NCBI GenBank assembly: GCA_913043225.1
Contig: CAJWLU010000001.1
Span: 160,001-224,000, forward strand
From: an uncultured Acidobacteriota bacterium
GTDB lineage: Bacteria > Acidobacteriota > Vicinamibacteria > Vicinamibacterales > UBA8438
DNA length: 64,000 nt
Reading direction: 5' to 3'
A program made the position numbers and the translations under genes. Below are positions 10,150 to 18,559 of this stretch, in pieces. Within the stretch, counting starts at the first letter, position 1. Each line of letters opens with the position of its first letter. The notes beneath the pieces are model-generated. The model was not told the DNA's origin. It ran no database searches and saw only the letters and a program-made list of their open reading frames with translations.

Positions 10150-10485
10150 ATGATCCTCAGATTCCTGATTGGCGCTGTCGTCGTGTTCCCCCTAGCTATC
10201 GCAACGCCGGCGTCTGCTCAGGAAGAGCATGCTGGCGCCGAACCGTATCGGCTGGTGTGTCAGACCTGTCACGGCGAGGAGGCGAAGGGCGACGTGGCGC
10301 CGCCGCTAGTCGGAGGCGCGCTGGATGCCGACTACGTGCTGGCCATCGTCCGGGAAGGCTTCGGCCAAATGCCGCCCATCTCGACTCGAGAGCTCACCGA
10401 CGACCAGGTGCGCGACATCGTCGGCTACATCGACTGGCTGAACGAGCGCGCAGCCGACCCGGCCGCCACCTCACGGCATCGATAG
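10150..10485 (+). CDS. Monohaem cytochrome c
   Basis: Signal peptide, CQTCH haem motif, distal Met in GQMPP; 3 nt after the PQQ dehydrogenase. Confidence 0.9.
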   Translation: MILRFLIGAVVVFPLAIATPASAQEEHAGAEPYRLVCQTCHGEEAKGDVAPPLVGGALDADYVLAIVREGFGQMPPISTRELTDDQVRDIVGYIDWLNERAADPAATSRHR

Positions 10486-10493
10486 CCCGCCTA

Positions 10494-11504
10494 CTACCCG
10501 CCCTCGGCCTCGCGCAGCTCGACGTGGCGGGCACCGCCCAGGATCCCGGTCACCGCCCGGTTGCCCTCGTGGCAGGCGTATTCGTAGATCGTGTAGTCGT
10601 TGTCGAGTCGGAGCGGCAGCTCCAGGGTCCAGGGCTGCGTGTAGACGTTCGGATCGGTGACTCGCACCTGCCAGTCGAGCACGCCCGGCCCCACCCGCGT
10701 GAACCGCTCCACCAGCCGTAGCTCGCGACTCACCGGCACGCCGTGCATCCGCCCGGCATTCTGATTCGGCGTGATCCAGCCCTTCTCGGTAAAGTTGGTC
10801 GTTTCGACCACCAGGGTCTCCCCCTCCCAGCGACCACGCGTGTCGCCCATCCACTGCCGGATCTTGCCGTCGATGTGCGGACGGTCGTCGACTGGGATGA
10901 TCCGAGGTTCACGCACCATCTCGTAGAGGATGATGACGTAGCCTGGCACCTGGAGAATCTGGTTCCCCGTGTTGTAGCCGTTGGGCACCATCGACCCCGG
11001 CATGCCGCGCGTGATGCAGCGGCTGTACGGGCTCATGTTCAGGTGATCGTCAGCCCGATGCTCGACCAGCCACCGGGCTCGCTCTTCCGCCTCGGGCGTC
11101 GTTGGCACCCGACCGGTCGACGGATCGGCGATCATCGACGTACGACCGGTATACGCCACTGAGTCCCGGGTGTCACTCCAGAACCGGTTGTAGCCGCCGC
11201 CGAACCGGCCCGCCTGCGTGCGTCGACCTCCCGGGGCGCCGTCACGAGCGAGCGACTCATCGTTGTTACGTCTCACCTCCGCGATCTCTTCGGCGGTGTA
11301 GAACTCCTTGTCGCCCAAGCGCCGGGGACGCTCGAGAGGCGTCAAGGTGTCGTTGCGCCAAATGCCGGAAATGTCCGGTTGACCGTCAGACGTACGCGGA
11401 GCGCGGTAGCCGTCCACCGGGCCCGCGCTCTGGCCGGCCCACACCGGTGCGGCCATCCCGAGCATCACTGCTATCACCACGAACCATCGCCGAGCACTCT
11501 GCAT
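10494..11504 (-). CDS. Exported conserved hypothetical protein (DGxPDISGIW...EYACHEGN family)
   Basis: Signal peptide; motif-level paralog of 29725..30657. Confidence 0.8.
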   Translation of the reverse strand: MQSARRWFVVIAVMLGMAAPVWAGQSAGPVDGYRAPRTSDGQPDISGIWRNDTLTPLERPRRLGDKEFYTAEEIAEVRRNNDESLARDGAPGGRRTQAGRFGGGYNRFWSDTRDSVAYTGRTSMIADPSTGRVPTTPEAEERARWLVEHRADDHLNMSPYSRCITRGMPGSMVPNGYNTGNQILQVPGYVIILYEMVREPRIIPVDDRPHIDGKIRQWMGDTRGRWEGETLVVETTNFTEKGWITPNQNAGRMHGVPVSRELRLVERFTRVGPGVLDWQVRVTDPNVYTQPWTLELPLRLDNDYTIYEYACHEGNRAVTGILGGARHVELREAEGG

Positions 11505-11590
11505 CCCTCCATTGTACCGGTGGCACCCGGGCACCGCAGCCTCCTCCGCGACCGTGCTATGCTGCGCAGGCTACCAAACGGGAGCTCTCG

Positions 11591-11689
11591 ATGATGCACC
11601 GTGAGAGCGACAGCATGACCAAACGCGCGAGCGTGGCGGCCGGCAAGGTCATCCTGCTGGACAGCGGTCGGGCTACGGTTCTGGACTGA
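11591..11689 (+). pseudogene. Possible N-terminal remnant of a homocysteine S-methyltransferase family gene
   Basis: 32-aa ORF after GGGAG; AAGKVILLDSGRATVLD resembles the family start (VILLDGGxxTEL). Confidence 0.4.
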
Positions 11690-11734
11690 TCCCACGCCGT
11701 TGACGGCCGAAATTCAAGGGGAGATTGGCAGGTC

Positions 11735-11759
11735 GACAATGAGATTGCGTCTCATTATC
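11735..11759. promoter_or_regulatory. Fur-box-like inverted repeat upstream of bfd
   Basis: GACAATGAGA-TTGCG-TCTCATTATC (9/10 arms) in an AT-rich patch 23 nt before bfd. Confidence 0.75.
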
Positions 11760-11782
11760 AAAACAATTATGATCTGGATGCG

Positions 11783-11977
11783 GTGACGAGACAGCCACCA
11801 CCCGAGCGGACCGATGTCGTCTGCGAATGCCTGCAGGTGACCGAGTGCCAGTTGCTGGCCACGCTCACCCAGGGGGAAGTGCAGACGCTCCGCGACCTGC
11901 GCCAAGCCACTGGGGCCGGCGACGGCTGCACCGCCTGCCACCACCTGCTCAAGCAGTACGTCCAGCGCCGCGCCTGA
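11783..11977 (+). CDS. bfd: Bacterioferritin-associated [2Fe-2S] ferredoxin
   Basis: VVCECLQVT...GAGDGCTAC four-Cys pattern; adjacent to bfr. Confidence 0.85.
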   Translation: MTRQPPPERTDVVCECLQVTECQLLATLTQGEVQTLRDLRQATGAGDGCTACHHLLKQYVQRRA

Positions 11978-12022
11978 AGGCGACGCCCTCGCACCCCAAA
12001 CTCCCTCTGACTCTGCTGCGGC

Positions 12023-12499
12023 CTAATCGTGGCCGCCCAGCTGCTCTGTCAGGTAGTTCTCGAGTCCAACACTCTCGATTCGGAAAAGTTGGGTCTCGAG
12101 CCAGTCGACGTGCTCCTCAGACTCGGACAGGATCGGTTCGAGCACCTCACGCGTCCCGTTGTCCTTGAGGCTGGTGCACAGCTCGATCGCGGCGTTGTAG
12201 GTTTCGACTCCTCGCTGCTCCAGTGCGAGATCTACCTCAAACTGCTCCTTCACATTGGTGCCGACCCGGATAACGTCGTAGCGCGCGATCTCCGGCGTGC
12301 CTTCGAGGAAGAGGATGCGATCGATCAACTTTTCGGCATGCTTCATCTCGCCCATCGACTCATGCACGTGTTTCTCACCCAGGATTTTGAAGCCCCAGTT
12401 GTGACACATCTTGCCCTGGCAGAAGTACTGGTTGATCGCGGTCAGCTCAATGGTAAGCGCGCCGTTCAGCGCGTCAATAACTTCTGGTTTGCCCTGCAT
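12023..12499 (-). CDS. bfr: Bacterioferritin
   Basis: MQG..EVI..LN, ELTAINQY, EMKHA (haem Met), RILFLEG, EEHVDWLETQ; 158 aa. Confidence 0.95.
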   Translation of the reverse strand: MQGKPEVIDALNGALTIELTAINQYFCQGKMCHNWGFKILGEKHVHESMGEMKHAEKLIDRILFLEGTPEIARYDVIRVGTNVKEQFEVDLALEQRGVETYNAAIELCTSLKDNGTREVLEPILSESEEHVDWLETQLFRIESVGLENYLTEQLGGHD

Positions 12500-12537
12500 T
12501 CTCGCTCCCCCTCTAGCACCCCTATTGTAGCGCCGCC

Positions 12538-14565
12538 CTAGCGCAGCGTGGCGAAGATCGAGCTGTAGTCGTCGGTCCAGATCCGCTCGACCGGCGGACC
12601 GGACCAGGCTGCGGCCGCCGGCGCTAGGGCCTCGGCCAAACGGTGGGCAGAGGTCAGCACCACCCACTCGGCGGCGAACGCCCCTAACCCGTCGTCGGTG
12701 CTGACCAGCGGAAAGGCATCGTACTCCAGCGTCTGTGCCAAACCTCGCAACACTGGTTGCAGATCGAGGTGACGGTTCGAGATGTGAACGGCGATGGTCC
12801 CGCCCAACGCCAGATGGCTGGCGTAGAGCTCGAAGGCTTCCTTCGTCAGCAGATGCACGGGAATGGCGTCGCCCGAGAAGGCGTCGACGACGAGGAGATC
12901 GAAGCGTCCGGGCCGACCTGCGCTCAGCTCCGCATCAAGCAGGGCGCGAGCGTCGCCCACCACGGTCTCCACCGACGCTGCCGACTCGGCCAGATAGAAG
13001 AAGTGGTTTTCGGCGATGCGGACCACATCCGGGTCCACCTCGTAGAAACGAAAGCTGTCATTCTCGCGGCCATGCGCCGCGATAGTGCCGGCGCCAAGGC
13101 CGATGCCACCTATGCGGAGCCCTCTCGCATCGGCACTCATGGAGTGAAGGGCCGCGATGGTGAGCCCCACGCCGCTGTCAATCCCGTAGTAGGTGGTAGG
13201 TAGGGCGCGCAGTTCTTCCTCCACATACTGGCTGCCGTGCACCGTGCTCCCGTGGTAGAACGACCGCGCAACGACAGACTCCCTCATGCCCACCTCACGG
13301 TCGTAGACCCGAAGGATGCCGTAGAAGTTGCGGGCCGACGTGACCAACTCGCCCCGGCGGTCCGATGTCCCCACCGACAACCAGATCACGGCCACACCCA
13401 GCGCGGCTACAGTGACAATCGGCCGCCAGGTGGCCCGCCATCCTCGACCCTCTTCGTGACCTATAGTGACCGCCAGCAGCACTCTAGTGGCGACCAGCGC
13501 CAGCGGAAATTCCCAGGTATCAATGAACACCCGTGGCGCCACCTGCGACGCCAGAAAGCCTCCCAGCGCACCACCAGCCGCGACCATAAGGTAGAAGTCG
13601 GTCAACCGTGTCGGATGTGGCGCAAGCCTGGCCAGCTCGCCATGACACACCATGCAGCTCGTTACCAGCGCCAGCGCATAGACGCCGATCTGGACAGGCA
13701 GTCCCAATGGGGCATCAGCGCCCGCCCGCCAGTACAGCAGCACGACGGCGGCGAGACCCAGCACGTAAGCAGTGGTCCAGACAGACCGGCGATACCACCG
13801 GGAGTGGTCGAACGAGACAACAAAGGTCGTGAGATAGAGCGCGAGCGGCAACACCCAGAGAAACGGGACCGCGGCCACGTCCCGGGTCAGCTGACTGGTG
13901 GTAGACAGCAGAACCAATGACCCGCAGGCGGCCAGCGAGAGCCACAACCCGCGTAGCCCGATCGCCACAAACGGACCACTCGGCGCCTCGGCCCTCAGCA
14001 AGCGCTGACGCGCCGACCACCCGATGACAGTCACCAGGATGACGTAGCAGACAAACCCGGCCGACCAGAATCGAGCCTGGGCCTCAAGCGACAGAAACGG
14101 CTCGACCAGAAACGGATAACTGACCAGCCCCAGCAGCGACCCGGCGTTAGAAACGGCAAACAGCCGGTAGGGCGATCCAGTCTCAGCTGCGCGCCAGTGC
14201 TGCAGGAGCGGACTTGACGCGGCCAAGATCAAATACGGCACCCCGACCAGTCCGGCTAACTGCAGCGTGATGCTCCACGTCGGTCGAGAAGGATCGACCA
14301 GGCCCACGTCGAGCGCCAGCGGCAGGAACGTCAATGACGCCGCCATCAGGGCGGCATGGACGATCGGCTGCCGAGCACCATCCAGCCTAGTGAGCCGATG
14401 CGCGTACCAATATCCTCCCACCAGCAGCGCCTGGAAGAAGAAGAGACAAGAGGTCCAGACCACGGCGCTGCCACCGTAGTGAGGAAGCAGCAGACGGGCC
14501 ACGAGCGGTTGCACGAGAAAGAGGAGCACCGCGCCGAGAAACACGGCTGCGGGATAGGCCGTCAC
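12538..14565 (-). CDS. Membrane protein fused to spermidine-synthase-like SAM-binding domain
   Basis: LLF.VQP, VWT.CLFFFQ, PY.LFAVSNAGS, CHGEL, GLGAG, YEVDP, GDAR, DAFSGDAIPVHLLT, WTDDYS; probable GTG start at 14565. Confidence 0.87.
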   Translation of the reverse strand: MTAYPAAVFLGAVLLFLVQPLVARLLLPHYGGSAVVWTSCLFFFQALLVGGYWYAHRLTRLDGARQPIVHAALMAASLTFLPLALDVGLVDPSRPTWSITLQLAGLVGVPYLILAASSPLLQHWRAAETGSPYRLFAVSNAGSLLGLVSYPFLVEPFLSLEAQARFWSAGFVCYVILVTVIGWSARQRLLRAEAPSGPFVAIGLRGLWLSLAACGSLVLLSTTSQLTRDVAAVPFLWVLPLALYLTTFVVSFDHSRWYRRSVWTTAYVLGLAAVVLLYWRAGADAPLGLPVQIGVYALALVTSCMVCHGELARLAPHPTRLTDFYLMVAAGGALGGFLASQVAPRVFIDTWEFPLALVATRVLLAVTIGHEEGRGWRATWRPIVTVAALGVAVIWLSVGTSDRRGELVTSARNFYGILRVYDREVGMRESVVARSFYHGSTVHGSQYVEEELRALPTTYYGIDSGVGLTIAALHSMSADARGLRIGGIGLGAGTIAAHGRENDSFRFYEVDPDVVRIAENHFFYLAESAASVETVVGDARALLDAELSAGRPGRFDLLVVDAFSGDAIPVHLLTKEAFELYASHLALGGTIAVHISNRHLDLQPVLRGLAQTLEYDAFPLVSTDDGLGAFAAEWVVLTSAHRLAEALAPAAAAWSGPPVERIWTDDYSSIFATLR

Positions 14566-14590
14566 CGAGGCGTCATGGTATCGCACCTCC

Positions 14591-14740
14591 CATGCCTTGC
14601 TGATCGAGACCAGTCTGCTCGACCCGACGGTGGCCGCCACCGTCTCGCTACTGCTGGGCACCGTGTGCTTCCTCCCCAGCTGACTCCCGGTCCGGCAGGC
14701 TGGGCGGGTGGAGCCAATCGGCGCCTTGCGCGCGGAGTAG
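14591..14740 (+). pseudogene. C-terminal remnant of an ADOP/MacB-like ABC permease
   Basis: HALLIETSLLDPTVAATVSLLLGTVCFLPS*LPVRQAGRVEPIGALRAE*; TGA at 14681 falls where W/Y precedes LPARRA.RVDP..ALRAE. Confidence 0.8.
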
Positions 14741-14781
14741 ACTAGGACGACTGTCGTTGCACCCGTTACAAGGAGTCGCCG

Positions 14782-15843
14782 TTGTTCCCTACCCCCACCC
14801 GTCGAGAATTCATCACCACCGCATCGATGGCAGCCATGGCCGCCCGAAGCCTTGGCGCCCAGACGAGCCCGGACCGCTCGTTCAGCTTCGAGCAGATCGC
14901 AACCAACGGAATTGCGCTCCGCTGCGCCGTCGAAGGGAACGGACCGCTGGTCATCATGGTCCACGGCTTCCCCGAACTCTGGTACTCGTGGCGTCACCAG
15001 ATCCGCCCGGTGGCCGAGGCCGGCTTCAAGGTCGTGGTGCCTGACGTTCGGGGATACGGCGGCAGCGACAAGCCGGAGGGAGTTTCCGCCTACGACATGA
15101 TTAACCTGACCGGCGACGTCGTCGGTCTAATCGACGCAATGGGAGAAGATCAGGCGATTCTCTTTGGGCACGACTGGGGCGCACCCATCTGCTGGAACAC
15201 GGCCGCGCTTCACCCGGACCGCGTGGCGGCGGTGGCCGGACTGAGCGTGCCGTTCTTCCAGCGAGGCGCCGCCCCCAGCATGGACCAGTGGCGAGCACTC
15301 TATGGCAACGGCTTCTTCTACCAGCTGTACTTCGAACCGGAGGGCGTGGCGGAAGCGGCGCTCGAAGTAGATGTACGTACCGGACTGCGGAAGCTTTACT
15401 ACACCATCTCGGGCGACGGCGCCGACGCCCCGCTCCACAGCCTGTCACATCCCGAACCGGTGGACGACTTCATCGGCATGATGGTCGACTCCGATCCCTT
15501 TCCGGCCTGGATGACCGCGGCCGACCTCGACTACTACACGGCGGCCTTCGAGCAGAGCGGCTTCCGCGGCCCACTCAACCGCTACCGCGCACAAGGACGC
15601 GACTGGGAGATGCTGCCGCAACTATCGACGGCACAGATCACCCAGCCGAGCCTATTCATCGGCGGTTCAGAGGACCCGGTCCGGACGTTCGTCCCCGGCG
15701 TCGACATCTACGCGGGCGCCGGCGCCAACTGCATCGACTTCCGCGGCTCGACCATCATCGAGGGCGAGGGGCACTGGATCCAGCAGGAGGCGCCCGAAGC
15801 GGTGAACGCGGCGCTACTCACGTTCCTCAACAGCCTCGACTAG
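14782..15843 (+). CDS. Epoxide-hydrolase-like alpha/beta hydrolase with twin-arginine signal
   Basis: HGFPELWYSWRHQ, GHDWGA nucleophile Asp, LNRYR, GHWIQQE; N-terminal TRREFI. Confidence 0.9.
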   Translation: MFPTPTRREFITTASMAAMAARSLGAQTSPDRSFSFEQIATNGIALRCAVEGNGPLVIMVHGFPELWYSWRHQIRPVAEAGFKVVVPDVRGYGGSDKPEGVSAYDMINLTGDVVGLIDAMGEDQAILFGHDWGAPICWNTAALHPDRVAAVAGLSVPFFQRGAAPSMDQWRALYGNGFFYQLYFEPEGVAEAALEVDVRTGLRKLYYTISGDGADAPLHSLSHPEPVDDFIGMMVDSDPFPAWMTAADLDYYTAAFEQSGFRGPLNRYRAQGRDWEMLPQLSTAQITQPSLFIGGSEDPVRTFVPGVDIYAGAGANCIDFRGSTIIEGEGHWIQQEAPEAVNAALLTFLNSLD

Positions 15844-15960
15844 TGAAGCGACCTCATGCCCGCTTCGATATTCCGCTCGGCGGCATTCGCGTGCATCCTT
15901 TCCGCATTCCCAGCCTGAGCGTAAACCAGCCAGCCCGGCCTGTGCTACGCTGGTCTGGTT

Positions 15961-16206
15961 ATGCCGATCTTCGAATACGAGTGTCGCAAGTGCCACAACC
16001 AGTTCGAGCAGCTCGTGTTGAAAGGCGACTCCCCCGCCTGCCCCGCCTGCAAGGCCACCGATCTCGACCGACTGTTGTCGATCACTTCCGTCAGCACCGA
16101 AGGCACGAAGGAGCGAAACCTCGGCAAGGCTCGGCACGCGGCCAAGAAGGTCCAGCGAGACAAGGCACACGCCGAACACGAGGCGTATCACCACCATCAT
16201 CACTAG
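15961..16206 (+). CDS. FmdB-family zinc ribbon protein with His-rich tail
   Basis: MPIFEYECRKC...FE...CPAC; ends HAEHEAYHHHHH. Confidence 0.88.
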   Translation: MPIFEYECRKCHNQFEQLVLKGDSPACPACKATDLDRLLSITSVSTEGTKERNLGKARHAAKKVQRDKAHAEHEAYHHHHH

Positions 16207-16250
16207 TCGGCTGCACCCATGACCGACCGGGTTGAGGTTTGGGTGAGGCG

Positions 16251-18404
16251 CTAGGCGTTCGTCTGGATCCCGGCGAGGAGGGCCTTCTGGGCGTCTACGG
16301 GATCGGCCCCCTCCGGAGGAACGACCCGAACGTAGTGGCCGTCCGAACCGAGTTCGAACGCCCGAGCGGTGTCGGCTAGGCAGGCATCGAGCACCGCGTA
16401 TCGCAAGGTGTCTGCGATCTCCGAATCACGAATGAAGCATAGTGCCTCGACGCGGCGGTCGAGGTTCCGTTCCATCAGGTCGGCGCTCCCGATAAGCACC
16501 TCTGGCTGACCAGCGTTCTCGAAGTAATAGACGCGGGAATGCTCGAGGAACCGGCCCACAATTGACCTCACGGTGATTTTGTCGCTCACCCCTGGGATAC
16601 CCGGGCGGAGACAGCACACGCCGCGAACCACCAAGTCGACCCGCACCCCGGCCTGCGACGCGCGGTAGAGCGTCCGGATCATCTCGGGGTCGGCAATCGA
16701 ATTGTTCTTGATGATGATCCGGGCGGACCGACCCTGCCGGGCATGCTCCGCCTCCCGCTCGATGAGGGCAGTCATACCGCTGCGAAAGTTGAACGGCGCC
16801 ACCAGTAGTTCCGAATAATCCCGCTGGTTGGAATACCCCGTGAGGTGATTGAACACCTCGGTTATCTCGTCGATGACGGCTGGGTTCGCGGTGAACAGCC
16901 CGAGGTCGGTGTAGACCTTGGCCGTCGCCGCGTTGTAGTTCCCGGTACCGACGTGGGCGTAGCGCTTGATGCCGCCATGCTCGTGACGCACCACGAGGCA
17001 AAGCTTGCAGTGAGTCTTCAGGTGCAGCAGGCCGTAGACCACGTGGATCCCGGCCGACTCCAGCCGGTGCGCCCAGGCAATGTTGTTCCGCTCGTCGAAC
17101 CGCGCCTTCAGCTCGACCAGCACCGCCACCTGCTTGCCAGCCTCGGCCGCCTCGATCAACAGATCGATCAGCGGCGAGTCGGACCCAATCCGGTAGAGGG
17201 TCATCTTAATGGCCACCACGTGGGTGTCATCAACGGCAGTCCGGAGGAATGTCTCGACCGACGAGAACGAATCGAACGGGTGGTGGACCAGATAGTCGCG
17301 CTCGCTGATCTGATCGAAGACGCCTTCGGTATCGGCCTCGGTCCAAAGCACGCGCGGCGAGAAGGTGGGGTCCTTCAGCTGCGGTAAATGGATCTTGGTC
17401 AGCTCCATCCAGTCACCAAACGACATCCGGTCGCCAGTCCGCTCCACGACATCCTCTTCGATCTCGAAGTTCTCCATGAGGATGTTGAGCACGCGCGTCG
17501 GCATGTCCGACTCGACGAGCAGCTGCGAGAGCTCCCCCCAGCGCAGCCGCTTGAGCGACCTGTCGACGGTCTCGAGAAGGTCATCCGCCTCGTCTTCCTG
17601 AATGACCATGTCAGTGTCCCTGATGATCCGGAACAAGTGCGCGCTGGCAATCTCGACCCCAGGAAAGAGCATGTCAAGACCGACTTTGACCACGTCGGAG
17701 AGAAACGCGAACGTGGACCCAGGCCGGCCGGTCACCGACTCTGGCACAGCGATGAACTGAGGCACAACGTGCGGGAGTTTCACGCGGGCGAACCGGGTGC
17801 GCCCCTCGTGCCGCACCGCAACGGCCAGGTTTAAGCTCAGGTTCGAGATAAATGGGAACGGGTGCCCGGGGTCGAAGGCGAGCGGGGTCAAGATCGGGTA
17901 CACGTTCTGACGGAAGTACGCTCGCAAATAGCCACGAATCGCAGCAGTGTAGTCGCTTGGCTCAAGAAAGCGCACCCCGCGCACCGCCAACTGAGGCCGC
18001 AGCATGTCGGACCAGCACCGGGCCTGATCGAACATCATCTGGCGTGCCCGACGACGAATTGCCTCGAGCTGCTCGGCTGTGCTCAGACCGTCCGGAGACA
18101 CATCTTCGCTACCCGCCCGAAACTTCCGGTTCAGCGTGGCCACCCGCACCATGAAGAATTCGTCGAGGTTGGTGCCCACAATGGCCAGGAACTTGACCCG
18201 CTCTAGCAACGGGTGATGCCTGTCCTCGGCCTGCAGGAGTACCCGCTGGTTGAACTCAAGCCAGCTGAGCTCGCGGTTGATGTAGAACCCCGGATCGGTG
18301 AGGTCAACTTGGTCGTCGAGCGGGGCGGCCGCTAGATCGGGTACCTGCGGGTCCGACGGCATAGCCTCGGGCAGCGGCACGACGGGCTCATTCGGAGTAC
18401 TCAT
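16251..18404 (-). CDS. ppk1: Polyphosphate kinase 1
   Basis: NRELSWLEFNQRVL, NLDEFFMVRVA, HHPFDSF, VELKARFDE, KTH, GTGNYN, RFLEHSR, SADLMERNL. Confidence 0.97.
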   Translation of the reverse strand: MSTPNEPVVPLPEAMPSDPQVPDLAAAPLDDQVDLTDPGFYINRELSWLEFNQRVLLQAEDRHHPLLERVKFLAIVGTNLDEFFMVRVATLNRKFRAGSEDVSPDGLSTAEQLEAIRRRARQMMFDQARCWSDMLRPQLAVRGVRFLEPSDYTAAIRGYLRAYFRQNVYPILTPLAFDPGHPFPFISNLSLNLAVAVRHEGRTRFARVKLPHVVPQFIAVPESVTGRPGSTFAFLSDVVKVGLDMLFPGVEIASAHLFRIIRDTDMVIQEDEADDLLETVDRSLKRLRWGELSQLLVESDMPTRVLNILMENFEIEEDVVERTGDRMSFGDWMELTKIHLPQLKDPTFSPRVLWTEADTEGVFDQISERDYLVHHPFDSFSSVETFLRTAVDDTHVVAIKMTLYRIGSDSPLIDLLIEAAEAGKQVAVLVELKARFDERNNIAWAHRLESAGIHVVYGLLHLKTHCKLCLVVRHEHGGIKRYAHVGTGNYNAATAKVYTDLGLFTANPAVIDEITEVFNHLTGYSNQRDYSELLVAPFNFRSGMTALIEREAEHARQGRSARIIIKNNSIADPEMIRTLYRASQAGVRVDLVVRGVCCLRPGIPGVSDKITVRSIVGRFLEHSRVYYFENAGQPEVLIGSADLMERNLDRRVEALCFIRDSEIADTLRYAVLDACLADTARAFELGSDGHYVRVVPPEGADPVDAQKALLAGIQTNA

Positions 18405-18440
18405 CGGGTAGTCGGCTGGAGCGGGATGGAGGCCAGCCCG

Positions 18441-18478
18441 ATGATAGCAGACGGCTCCGTCACAACTGTGACGGAGCC
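18441..18478 (-). promoter_or_regulatory. ppk1 promoter region: extended -10 plus 12-bp perfect inverted repeat
   Basis: TGcTATCAT on minus strand (18441-18449); GGCTCCGTCACA-AC-TGTGACGGAGCC at 18453-18478. Confidence 0.5.
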
Positions 18479-18559
18479 CGCCACGCAAGAGCTTCCTACC
18501 CAGAAAGAAACGCGGCTGACCGTAGCCAGGGGGGACCGAGCAAGCGCACGCCGCGGCGC

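Noticed and set aside
14681..14683. In-frame TGA as a second selenocysteine
   Set aside because: It falls at a Trp/Tyr position of a truncated permease fragment with no start and no redox motif, so it is a nonsense mutation
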